DNA of 64,000 nucleotides, taken from NCBI GenBank assembly GCA_905178155.1, contig CAJINV010000016.1:1207386-1271385 (forward strand). Direction: 5' to 3'. The notes beneath the pieces were generated by a model. The model was given only the letters and a program-made list of their open reading frames with translations, was not told where the DNA came from and searched no databases. Positions within the stretch are counted from its first letter, which is position 1; each line of letters starts with the position of its first letter. Source of the DNA: Amoebophrya sp. A120 (Eukaryota > Protista > Dinoflagellata). A program made the translations under genes and the position numbers. Of the stretch, positions 34,301 through 46,700 are shown piece by piece.

Positions 34301-35874
34301 ATGTCATGCAGCACGAATTTCGGTGTAATAAATATGTGATGCCGTAGTTGCATAATTTATTACGTGCGCGGTACCAAATCTCGTGTGCATACTTTCAACT
34401 TCACCATTGCGCCGAAGGCATGCTTGTCCCGCACCCGCGCACTGTTGCTCTGCAAGAATTTTCGGAAAGTCTTGATCACAAACTGGGTCATGCTTGCTGT
34501 GATTTTTTCCATCCGCTTCTTATCCCGCAGCAGATCCAGCTTTTCCTCCTCCGTTTCGAACACATAGCTGTCTCTGGTCGGCCGCTCCGCCGATTTCACG
34601 AAACCCGAATGCGTGACGCGTTCCATACAGGCCGAGGCCATGGTGTTGCCCAGCAAGGCCTCCACCTGGAATCTCTTCGGGTCGCCGATGGGCCGCTGCT
34701 TGCCCTCCGCCAAGCCAAGTAGGCGGAACATGGCAAAGGCGTGCGTCGTCCAAATTTGAACACTTTGCTTCGGAAACTTTCCGGAATTCTTTGCATCTTG
34801 CTCCGCCTGCTTGTTGAACACGAAGTAGCCAAGCCTGACGCCGGGGACCCTTTTTCTCCATGCGTCCACAATCAGGCTGGCAGTAGTTGTTTTGCCACAT
34901 CCAGCCAACGCTTCCGCCCGAATGTTGTCGCCGGGGTTCGGTGGCACGAAATCACGAAGCTGCTTCTGCTGGTCAGTGGGCTCGAAGTGCTTCTTTCTAG
35001 CGTCGTCTTTTGTGCTGCTGGACGAGGAAGCAGAAGAGCCCGCGATCGCTAGATCGTTCTGCTGATGCTGATTGCTGGATGAGAACTGCGACTGTTGACG
35101 GAGGGGGGCTGGCAGAATGCTATTAGGGAGGCTAGCACTAGCACTACCAGCATCGAACCCGGAAAACTGCGAGAAGGTAGGCGGTTGTACCCGGATCGGC
35201 TGTGATTGTGATTGTGATTGTGACGCAAACAACTTTCTAGCGGCGAGTTCGATCTGTGATGAAGCCGCTACCAATTCAAATTCATGTCGAACCGGAGTAG
35301 CAGTTGAGACACCCTTTGGGCAACTTGGCGGAGTGGGCGTAGGGTATTCAAAAGCGGGTCCGGAAGTTGGCTTATGATGCTGCAATGTGGAAAACTGAGG
35401 TTGATGTCGCTGACCAAAAAACCGGCCACTTGCCGCAGGACTAGCGAAGAAAGATGACGTCGAGGGTGCTGAAAAACCAACTCCAATGCCTGTCCCTGTT
35501 CTATTTTGGAAACTCATAGAATTAGAAAATGTTGCTCCAGACGTCGTCGCGCTTGTAGGACGAGCCGCTGCTCCTGGAACCACGACGGAGGTAGCCGCAC
35601 TCGGGGGCTGCACTTCTTCTTGACGTTGTTGAGTTTCGAAAGCTGCAGTGGAAAAACCTGTTGGTGCAGGTGCAATGGCAGAGGTCGAAGTGGTTGCTGT
35701 CGTGCAACCAAAAGGCGCGAACCCGGCAGACGGCTCGTCCTGTCCGTGGTTGCTAAAGTTGGTTCTCGTGGCCGGTTGTGGTGGATCGAATTTGCACCAA
35801 CTAGGTTGCGGTCCCTTGCGCCCACCATTTTTCGGCAAGAATGAGTCTGGATCGGTCTTGTCTTTGCCGCTCAT
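31380..35874 (-). CDS. SF1 UvrD-type (FBH1-like) DNA helicase with a C-terminal HPD-motif (J-like) domain
   Basis: ALAGCGKTT, LVDECQD, GDKHQRIYAWRGA, LSNSWRFG, TVHTMKGMEF, LLYVAVTRAR; last exon YHPDKWQQ joined across a degenerate introner. Confidence 0.87.
31581..31794. mobile_element. Degenerate introner, family A-like (214 bp)
   Basis: Residual CTGGGTCT TIR core at both ends and TAT...ATA termini; DR eroded; element+5 removal joins RSCL to IYHPDK. Confidence 0.72.
34215..34391. mobile_element. Degenerate introner (177 bp)
   Basis: TATGCA...TGCATA; DR CATTC/CTTTC; joins the two helicase ORFs in frame. Confidence 0.8.
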
Positions 35875-36709
35875 ACTTTTGCTTTCCTCCCCTCTGCACA
35901 AACAAATTAGATTTTAACAGAGCGAAGAAAGTCATTGAATGAAAAAGTGAAGAAGTGCGTGAATTTCAGAAAGACGTTACTGCGACTGACTAGATACAGC
36001 AGACGTAGCGACAAGTTTTCGATTTTTCTGTGTGCACTGCACAAAAAACTCCTCATGGGATCTACCTCGATCAAGATGCCCATCTGTCAATCAGCTCTCC
36101 CCCGCTCGATAATGTCCGTGCTAGCTCGCCAACTCTAGATGACCACGCGAACGATTTTGCGTTCGCGAGTTGTGAGGATCTCTTAAATTAAGTACCCCGA
36201 GACTGATTCAAACACGAGAATATGCGGTCCCGCAAAAGTCACAGTCGCAAAAAACAATATGAAGTCTTCTGCTCGAAGATGAAAAAGAAAATGACTCAAA
36301 AAATACGCGCGCCGAAACTGGTGGAACTAGAAGGTGCTGGCAGCACCAACACGCACTGACTCGCGCTCGAAAGTCAAAGTGAAGCTGTTCAGCCTCAGCC
36401 TAAGACAATTTGCGGGATAAAAAGGCACTATGATTTTAGCCTTGTGTGTCTATTCTGGTGTTCGTAGCTTATCAATTCTACACGCACTCGTCCTGATTGT
36501 TAATTGTACATTGATCGATCACGGCAATGTCGCCGCTTCTCGTAAAGCAATCCACTCTTTGTCTTTCAGTTTATGACATAAACTTTGAAACACATCATCA
36601 TTATTGACGAAGTAAAATTGTACATTCGACGTCATTATGAAACACTTGTGGTACTGCCTGCAGTTGTGGAACAAAAGTTCGCCGCTCCACAATCAGAACA
36701 GCCATCCGT

Positions 36710-39561
36710 CTACTCCTTCGTCCTCCTCACATAATCCGTTTTCCCGAACTTCGCTATATTTTCCTGGTGTTTCCGCTCCGCCCGCTTTTCAAATTTCGCC
36801 CTTTCATCCGGAAACTCGTCCAGGAGTTTTTCTATCTCGGAAAAATCGACGATGCTGAGCTCCACAAACGTCAGAGCTTTCACACTCGTGGTTCGTTTTT
36901 TCCCGTAGATCTCCGGGTAGAGATTGGCTAAAACCGCCGACATCTCCCCTATGACAGACCCTTGTTTCACCGTCGCGATTTTATTTTGCAGATTTTCATC
37001 TCTTCCCAGATACACACCCAGCTCCCCCGACCTGACGAAGTACACGTATCTGTGCTTGCGGCTCGCTGCGAACGCGTTGTAGAGTTGTGTGTTGCGGAAA
37101 GGAGAAGCGGAATGTGGTTTATTCCTATTCGCTGCATCTACTGTCTTAGCGCCATGATGCTGATTATGTTCCTCTTCCGCGTGGTCCTCGGTATCCCCCT
37201 CGTGGAACAGGAAATCACCTGGTTGGAAACAAACAAAATTCTCCTGCCTATCGAACAAAACCAGCAGTTTCCGGACGAAATCCGGATGGGAATCTGGGAA
37301 GACGTTTTCCAGGTACTGCAGCGTTTCGGTTTGCGACAGCCGAACGGTTGCCATCTCGGCCAAGGCGCGCATGCGGAGGGAATGGGAAGAGTTACCTAAT
37401 GAGGATTTTATCGTGTGAATACACATCATGAGCGATAAACGAAGAAGAAGATCAAGATTATCATGGTGGTCATACCAGCGTAAGACATAACTTGAAGAAC
37501 AAGCAGCAGCTGCAACACAAGTTCTACCTTCCTCATGGTGCAGAATATCTTCCGCTTCCACCTTCAACAACTGCGCTCCCTGCAACCCCGCTGTTACCGT
37601 TGCGGTTCTTTCCGTTTTATTCAAAAGCAGCGACATCTCGCCGACGACTGCCCCTTCCTGCAAATTCGTAATCAGCACCCCCTGCTTCTGGATCTCTAAT
37701 TGCCCCTTCTGGATCACGTAGAGATATGCAATGCAAAAGCATCGTACTCGTATGAATGCATTACAAATTTCCTCAGGATGACAAATAAAATTTGTAATGC
37801 GGATTCGACTTAATGTAATGCACGATTGCAATACGAATACGATACTTTTGCACAGCATAAGAGACTTTCATCAACGATTTTGTCCCCCTCATGGAACAGT
37901 AGTTCGTTCGGCTTCAGGTTCAAATACCGTTTCCGACTTCTCGCGGATTTCAGGATTTCATTGTCCAGAATCCGGTCCGACTTCGCGATTTGGATCTGCG
38001 TTTCCTGCTCTGCGATTTTCTCGCTCGAATACCGTCGGACGATGGAATGCCGTTCCCGCAGAACCGCTTGCTTCACCTGCTCGAGGTCGTATCTCTTCTC
38101 AACATTCGGGTTCAGCATGTTCTGGAGAATTTTCTTCAAATGATCAGCCTGTTTCGACTCAGAACTGGAGGAGGACGAACTTGAAGAACTACTTCTCCCG
38201 AAATCCTTTATCTTCTTCCATTTCACCGCCGGAAACTGGAAATTTTCCCTCTCCTTCAGCGCCCTCTTCTCATCGATCGCGTAGGGGAATTGGCCCGTGG
38301 TTAGGACGAAGAGAACCACGCCCAAAGCGTAGACGTCGGATTTCTTGCTGTAGACTCCGGCGTGAATGCACTCCGGAGCGAGGTACTGGATGGTGCCGAC
38401 CAGGTCTTTCTTTTCCTGGTAGAACTGGGTGGAGTTGTTATCCGACGGGTGAAGAAGCCCAAGAGATGAATTTTGTGCACCGTTCTCCTCCTCCAATTCC
38501 AACTCCACCAAAGCCCCGAAGTCGCAGAGTCGCAACTTCTCCTCCGCCGCGTTCTCGAAGAGAAAATTTTCTAATTTGATATCCCGGTGCACGATGTTGT
38601 TGCTGTGCAAATGCTCCACGGCGGCCAGCATTTGGAGAAACAGTTTCAAAATCTTCGAATAACTTGGCAGTCTCCGGTCGTTTGTCGTGTCGTGCGCGTG
38701 CTGTTCCAGGTAGTTCAACAACCACTCGCAGAGGTCTGACCCGTAGCAAAGCGTCATCACGGCGATCTGCTTCTTGTCGGATGAGTCGGTGGGTGCTTTT
38801 CCCTTATTTGAGGCGCCCGGGGGTGGACCGCCGTTTATTCCGTCTATTGACCCGGTAGTTGTACTTGTCGTCGATGAGTCAAACTGTTCTATCAGTTCCA
38901 CCACGTTCTCATGTCTCCCCAATCGCGACCAGAGTTTGAAGCTGTCCAAGTCCTCCGCATCCCCCACCTTTACCGCCCGTTTCGCCTTGCTCTGGCGGTG
39001 CTGACAGCGCATCACCGACCCGAACGCGCCTTCCCCGAGGTTGTGGATGTTTGTGATTTTTCCGCGTTGGATTTCGTATTTTTTGTAAAAATCGGCGATG
39101 GATTGCTTTTGCTGCGGGGAGACAGATCTGCGACTGCGGGAAGACACCCTTCGACCTGCTTGTGCTTGTTCACACAGGCAGAGGTCTTGCTCGAGCAGAG
39201 CGGATGGAATGATGTTGAGTCTTCGAAGAAGAGCAGAAATGGTGCGGCCGGACGTAGTAGAGGCATCGGCAGGTGGAAGGTACACGCTCCATCTTTCAGC
39301 GGGACGGGATGCGTGTGATGAAGATGTAGATGCTGTGGCCGCGGCGCTGCATTGCGAAGGTGTTCGACCGAAATGGAAATCGTGTGTCGGCCTGCCGCTG
39401 TCTTCTTGCAAACTATCATCGTCGTTCTCCTGCTGTTCTCGGATGTGCCAGGGACCAGAGTTGTTGTACTTCGGGGTTGCGCAGGTGCACAACGCCCGAG
39501 CAGCAGACGAACCGAGCATCCTTTTTGAGTACACGACACTCGCGGTGTTTTGTCGCACCAA
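36710..39561 (-). CDS. CAMK/CDPK-like Ser/Thr kinase followed by two cyclic-nucleotide-binding domains; start uncertain
   Basis: LGEGAFGSV, AVK, HRDIKLENFLF, DFG, APE; LFHEGD..LYVIQKGQL..GEMSLL..RTATV and LFHEGD..VRSGEL..GEMSAV..RTTSV. Confidence 0.87.
37725..37859. mobile_element. Introner family B (135 bp)
   Basis: DR AGAGA; restores DESLYVIQKG. Confidence 0.93.
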
Positions 39562-40487
39562 GGACGCTCCTCTAGTTCCAACACATCATGCTTATTGTAC
39601 ACGTAAGCTGCGTGATGATGTACGGATTGCAGCACCTCTTCTTGTCCTGTAAGTATGTCAGTAATTGCAAGAAGATCAGGCGTTGAAGGAATATTTGATG
39701 ATATGGTGCCTTGGTAGTCAGAAGCTGGTGCTCCTGCTCTCACGCTCGGCCGCTCGAGGGTGGATAAAAACCGGACTGTTGTGTCATCCTCGGTCTACAT
39801 GCAGCCGCCGTGCTGTTCTTTTTCAGATCGGATGAGAAAAAAGGTCACGAAAGAAAACAAAGCCGACCTCGGTCGCATCTGCGGAGGAAAGGAAAAAACC
39901 TGCTGCAACGAACACGCATGCAAAACAAGTTGCTGTAAAATCTTCTGCATGTCGTGCATGTTCTTCCATAATGGTACTGTCCCCCCGGTCGTGTTTTGAT
40001 GTCCGTAGATTGTCATGGTGTACTAATTCGGTCTGTTTACTTTTTACTGTTTCAGAATCTGTGCATTCCTTGTCCGGATAACATGCTACGTACAGTTGTC
40101 CTGTCCATTTCTACATCTAGTTTGAAAAAATATGTCAACCTTTGTTTATCCCTAGGCCACTCGTTTTGGTGTGTCGACTGCACGAATGCAGGACAATGCA
40201 AAATTTCTGTTGTTTTCGAGTCTATTATTCAACGAAGAAATCATGATAGCGGTACCGGTACGTATCTATAATAGCATCTGTGTTGTTCATCGTGTTCGAA
40301 ACCAACCTAGAAACAGCGATAATTGTGCGGACTTTGTGACGCTTCTTTGCAACATACAAGGCAGGGCGGGTAAAGTAAAAGTAAGTAGTTTTGTTTACAC
40401 ATCAATAAAGACACTTCACCCCAGCAGCTGTGTGCAGTCTTCACATTCGTCACTCTCACGGTCACGTCGTATCAAAGCAAGAAGCTT

Positions 40488-42550
40488 TTACTGAAACAAA
40501 TACGTCGGCTCCACCGGGTCAATTTCGTTCAATCCACTTCTCCTTTCCCTCTGCTGTGCCGCATTCGGACTGCTCAAGACCGCGTCCGCATCCACGTCTA
40601 GCTCCGTCGTCGACAAAAACGCGTGATTCGGACTTTCCACCGGTCCGTAATTTTCCACTTTCGGTTCCGGATTCATGACCACCCAGGAACACTGCGACTC
40701 GATGCCGGTAACGTTGGCGCCCATTGCAACGCGGATCCAACCTGATAATTATCATTGTGGAAAAATTGCAGTTGAATCAGTCTCTTATGCAAAACACGAG
40801 CACTATGCGGGTTTGCGTCATGCATATCATGATGCACCAGCACCACGAGAACAATTCTAACACGCATGAGAAATAAGCCGAATTTTTTTCTTATACCGTT
40901 ATCCCCCCACGCCGTCCCCCAGGAGTTTCTGACCAACCAGAACGGCAAAGCACCACTCTGCACCTGCTTTGCAATCGGCCAGGTGGGGACTTTATTCACC
41001 ATCCCCCAGCCTACGACCCCGATCAAGTGGTCAAATTCCCAGTCTCGGTTTTCCTGCGCTAGGAGCACATGCCCTCTGGGGAATTTCAGCATCACATCGG
41101 AGTCGACCGAGCAGGTGACTGGGCCGCGGAGGAAGATCTCCGCCTTCATCCTATGGATCATCTCCAGGTGGGTTGGTGGAATGGGAGTTTGTCGGACGGT
41201 TTGGAACAAGGTGGAGGGGACGGTGGCGATAGAGGATTGGATGTGTGTTTGGGTTGCTGAATTGCTAGGAAGCTGTTCTAACTCCTTCTTGATCTGGTTC
41301 ACGTCCAGCAAGCCGTACTCTTCCACAAAATACTTCCCGAATCTTCTGACTGCGTAGCAACCCGTGTCACTGACGATACCTTTGGAGAAAGTTTTGAGGA
41401 AAATTGTCATATGCTTTGTTCATGCGTTGGTGGAGTTACTACTTGCACAACTGTGCCGGTGTACAAGTGCGACTGACAAACAGTCCCAAGCAAACGACCG
41501 CAGCTATCAAGTGCACATGATACCGTTCCTCCCCGCCACGCTTGGATCGCAGTTCATGCACGTCCTGAAATCCGAGCACTCATAGTCCCTCGCTTCGTAC
41601 ACTTGACAGCTTTCGTCCGGAATCCCGTTTTTCATCACATAATCAAACAGCGTCACGTCCGACCCGCCCTGGCAGCTCCCCGCGGTCTCCTTGCCACAGT
41701 TCAAAACCACCTGTCTACTGAGAATAATGTCCTCGCCAACGCCCTTCCTTGCGATTTTCAAGCGGTCATTCATCACCGCAATGCCCGCGTGCAGCCAGCA
41801 AGCGCCGCAATACCGCGGGATGTGCTGGTTCCAAATCGGGGTCAGCATGGAGATTTTTTGGCTGAACTTCGCCGGTGCGAGGTAGTGCTCCACGTGTTTC
41901 GTGATGTTTCCGACGACGCGGGGGAGAATCTTGTCGAAACGGTTGAAATTGTCGACCCGGTTATCGTTTTCCCCGTTTTGGAACAAGAGCTCCTCCTGTA
42001 GTAGTGCTGATGCGGAGGTCGTCGAAGCTGCCGTGGCGGCTTTTGCCTTGAGCAACAAATTCTTGTTATTCTGTGGACCACTCCCACCGTCCCCATTAGA
42101 ACTACCCGCTGCTGCTGCTGCTTCCGCTTTCGCAGCGTCTTCCGCGTTTTCCTGATTCTGCTCTTTCATCTCCTCGATGTTCGCTCTTTCACCCGCTTTT
42201 TCCTCTTTCCCCTGGAGTGTGTCATGCTTTTCCCTTGTACTGGTCTTCAAAACGTGGCTCCACTCCACTTCGCGCCAGGAAAATTCGGAGGGGAGGAGAA
42301 ACTGGTTGGTTTCGGAAAGAAGAGTCAAATCTTCTTGTAGTCGTTGGTAGGGGAGAAGGGTTTTCACGTTTTGTTTTTGAAATTGTACATTATCCGCGGA
42401 ATCGTAGGGGAAAGGTCGACCTTGCCAGCATTTTGGCGGCGGCAGAGCGGGTGCGGGAGAGGCGACGTCTTTAGCATCCAGGGCGAGCTCCTGTACTCCC
42501 ACTACCACAGAGGCCGAAGCAACGAGGGTCAGGTGGAAAATGGAACTCAT
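40488..42550 (-). CDS. Cathepsin Z/X-like papain-family (C1A) cysteine protease
   Basis: NQHIPRYCGACW (HIP insertion typical of cathepsin X), DHLIGVVGWG, WLVRNSWG; hydrophobic N-terminus MSSIFHLTLVASASVVVG; no introners seen; the ORF is open upstream to 42811. Confidence 0.88.
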
Positions 42551-43749
42551 GATTTTACCTTTATGGTGCCTGCTACAAGCTAGCAAGGAACTCCAGCATG
42601 GCACAAAGAAAGTGCTTCCTGAACTTGACAAAACAAGTAAATTGTTCTGACAAGACAGCAGGACCACGAGGAAAAACTTCGCCACCCGTGTTATTGAAAG
42701 CGGTCGTAAGACGAGTTTTCTACTCTCTCTCTTCTCTCGCAGCTGCGCGGTGTCCGATGGAACTACAGCTTCATCGTGGCTGTGACCAGAACCTCCAACG
42801 CTGTGCCGCACAACTCAGTGCCCTCTCTCTGGGCCAGCCAGTGCACTAGTAGCGTTCACTAGCAGATGAAGGCGGCGTAAAACTGGAAAGCGCGACACTC
42901 CAGCTGCTCCACTGCTTGTACGCCATTGGATACCACACGCGGTTTCGTTTCCAGCGAAATGCGTCGTCATCAACAGCGAGACATTAGCAGGACAGATTCT
43001 TTAACGGTGTTGTTCTTATTTCAATTCCTTTTCAGACAGACTTTGTTCGAAAACTTATTCAGCTGACAGCACAATAGTTTCATTTTCTCAGATACTGATT
43101 CTCACACTACTAGATAGTTATCTGGCCCCAGCGTGAAGATGCTCACTACAACAAGATCTTCAAAAAGTAATTTTGTTTTGCGTTTTCGTCAGCAGATTGT
43201 AGTTCTCCTCGAATTGCAGCCTCGGGAATGAGAAAGGCATGCAAAAGTAAAGGAGAACCAAAAGGAGTTTGCGTTTTACTAAATTCCCAAAGACGATGTA
43301 GTAGACGACATACAGCAAGTGCAAGACTTCAAATCTAGAGAAGGTATCCGTATCGATCAAGCTCATGCAAAACTTACAGAAAATGTGTGTCCAAAATCAA
43401 GAACGAATTTTCCACGACAAAAGAGATAGGCTGATGAAGTGCTAATCCTTTCAATGAGTTTATTTTTATTTGGTTGTGTACTACGAGTTCAAGTTTTATT
43501 CCGATATTCGCAGAAGAAGAAAAATCTTCAACAGGTTGGCGCGACGTGAAAACTCATCTACTTATTTTTAGTCAAGATACAGTAGGCGGGGCCCGAGAAA
43601 TGTGAACAAATAAGCACTTATCTGATACAAGAAAAGCAAAACTGAATTCTCAAAAGAAGATCGAAATTCAAAAACGAAAAGCCACGACCAAGACTGTCAG
43701 ACGTTGACGCTCAGATGAGGACGAGCTCCTCTTAGTACAACTCATGTCT

Positions 43750-46700
43750 TCACATCAAGTCGTAATTTCCCCCGCCCCCATTATTCAGCACGGCGTGCGC
43801 AGCCATTGCGCCTACCGCAAGCAGCCCGCGAGTCATGCGAGAGAGGGTTGGCGACTGCTCTGGCGGGAGGTTCTTGGGGTTGTGGTGCTGTTGCATACTG
43901 TCTTCATCTGCCGCAAGATCCACTTCCATATCGTCCTCTTCGTCCGCATATCAAATGCAAAAGTGTCTGGGTCTGGAAGAGTGCCCGACTTGTCATGCAG
44001 ATTTTCCATGACCCATGAGGTCTGGAATGCAGGACCTAGCATGGCAGATTCTGTGCGCTCTCTCTCATGCTTATCCTGCATGAGAAACTCCCTCCAGAAT
44101 TGGTCAAAACTGGACGACTTTTGGTAATCATGCAATAGAGATTTTTCCATGCTTCAGATTTAGCATGACAAGTTGCATTCTTTCCAGACCCAGACATTTT
44201 TACATTTGATACCGCAAGCTCGTGTCCAACAAGCGTTGCTTTCGCTTCTTCAACAGCTCTATGCATTGCAAATATGTCATCTGGCTCAGGAGACTTGTGA
44301 TGCAAATCTACGAATTGTCGGCGCACAGCAATATGGGGCCCAGCATGACAAATTTTTGCGCTGCTGTGTGTTTCGTTTTTCGCATGACAAGCTGCGTTTT
44401 TGCATGACAGGCAAGAGCAGGCCCTTTTCCTGCTCATGCATCACAGATTTAAGAGTCATGCCAGACACGCATGACAAACTTGCATTCATCATCTTCCAGA
44501 ACCAGACATATTTGCAGTTGATAAGCTGCAATGTTGTCAGCGAAGGCTCTCTTTGCCGCCGTGCTGTGCAACCAGTCGTGCACATTCGGATGGAGGATGG
44601 ACGCAGCGAATTCTGCTTCAGAAGCTGGGGGAGTGTGCTGTTGTTGAAGTTCAGAAGATTTTTGCTGGTGTCCTGAAGGAAGTAGACCAGAAAAAGGATG
44701 CAGTGCAGCTGCTTCAGCGGCGGGGCCCTGGGCCGGCGAGCCTGGTGCCGATGTTGAAGGAGATGCAGGATTAGTGATCGCTTCAGTTAGTTTTAGTGAA
44801 GATGTCGGCCCCGTAGTAGAAGTTCTGCTTGCACTAGCTTTCGACGTCGGAGCTGCCAAAACTACCTCTCTTGGACTCCCGAAGTACGCACCTGGTTTTG
44901 GAAGTTGCGTTTTCCGTGGCAGGTGATTTCTGATTTTCTCGTCCTGCGGAACGGCTTCTGCGTCTGGTGCAGCTGCGTGATCCTGATCGCGAGGCGCACG
45001 ATCTTGCTGTGAGCCATTTTCATCGACGTCCGCTGATGATTTCTCGGCGCCGCGTGCTTGTGCGCCAATCCGTGCCAACGCAGAATTTCTGCTGTCAATG
45101 GACGACAGGGAAGATGACAAGGAACTAGCGAGACCACTGCTGTCGCCAAGATGATTATCAGCTGGCGCTTTATTCGACGCGACTCCCGACAGCGACAGCG
45201 TCGACGCGAGATTGCTCAGCGGAAGTGTAGTTCTCGAAAGCAGGCCACGAAGATCCGGATTCGCAAGAATGCGTTTGGAAACGGCCAGATCCAGCGGGGA
45301 GAGCTTCTTGATATCGTTCTTGAAAGTGGTTTCTTCACCAGATTCCTTTCTCATCTCTCCAACCACCTGCTCGTCGTCAAAGACTCCCAAAGAGGATGCT
45401 GTGCTTGCCAAATTGTGCATTTTGAACGGGTTGATGTTCTTATTTTTCTGGTATTCTTGTTGAACAGGAATAATTCGGAAGCCATCCAATCTCGGTTGAT
45501 TTGGCGAAAAAGCCGGAACCGTATGGATTGCAAATGTGTCTGGGTCTGGAAGATTGGGATTGCCAGGTTTGTTGCCTATTCCGCATGAGAAATGCCCTCT
45601 CCACGTAGGACAAACCGGACTCCTGTTGCTGCTCATGCAATACAGATTTTTGTGGAATCCAAAGACAGCATTACAAGTTCCAACCTTCCAGACGCAGACG
45701 ACGTTTTTGCATTTGATAGACCGGTACCGGACCCAAAATTCTCGTCGCTGTTCGAGAAGGCGCGGCAGAGCTTGCGCTATCTGTAGAGCCAACACTTGTG
45801 GTCTCGCCGGGCGGGGTGTTGCTGCGCTGTCTCAGTTGAAGCTTGCTCGGGCGGCGAACCGCGGCGTACTTTTGGTCAGGTGTGTTGCTGGCCGCGTCGA
45901 ACAGGGGTTGTGCAGCTTGTACTACAACCTGCGGAAACGGTGTCGTCGTTGTGCTTTTTTTCGCGCCCCCGCCGGTTTTCGTGTTTCCTAACGCCTTATC
46001 TAGCTGAGCTGCAAGCTTCGCGAACTCCGTTTGTTGTTGAGCAGGGGAAGCAGCAGCTTCTGCTTTCGACGATACCGCTGGTGCTGCGGAGGGAATGGAA
46101 ATTGGTGTCGCATTTTCAAGCCTGGTTGAGAAATCACTGGTAGCAGAATTGTCTTCTGCTGGGACGATTGTCGTGCTAGGCTGGTTAATTGCGCGATCGT
46201 CCACATCGACATCCTCTTCATAAGGCAAAAAAGGAGCACGATGCAGCTGCATCTCATCCGACTTCGCAGCCCACCGGGGAGGGACAAAAGTGGACTCAAA
46301 TTCTTCCAGACTGTCGTAATCTCCATGGAACAGCTATCCACAGAAAAAAACCCACCCACATCCATTTTTTGCATGACAAGCGCAGGACTTTATGCATGTT
46401 TTGCATGACAAATTGGATGTGGATGGGTTTTTTTCTTTGGATAACAGCGTTCCGGGACATTCGTATCGAACTCCTGAGTCCTGGTAAGGTACTTTGTGCA
46501 AGTAGCACCCAGGTGGAGCGGGCGTATTGTGCAAAAGCTCCCCTGTCGTTGCGTAGCTCGGGCCCAACGCAAGATGTGTTCCGGTTAAGGCCAACGGGAC
46601 GGCGGCGGCAGTCAAGCAGGCGAGTTTTCCAGCCTTGGTGAGGATGGAGCTGTGATTGGGCGGACAGAGTAACTCCTCGTCATCAGATATGGAGTTCTCA

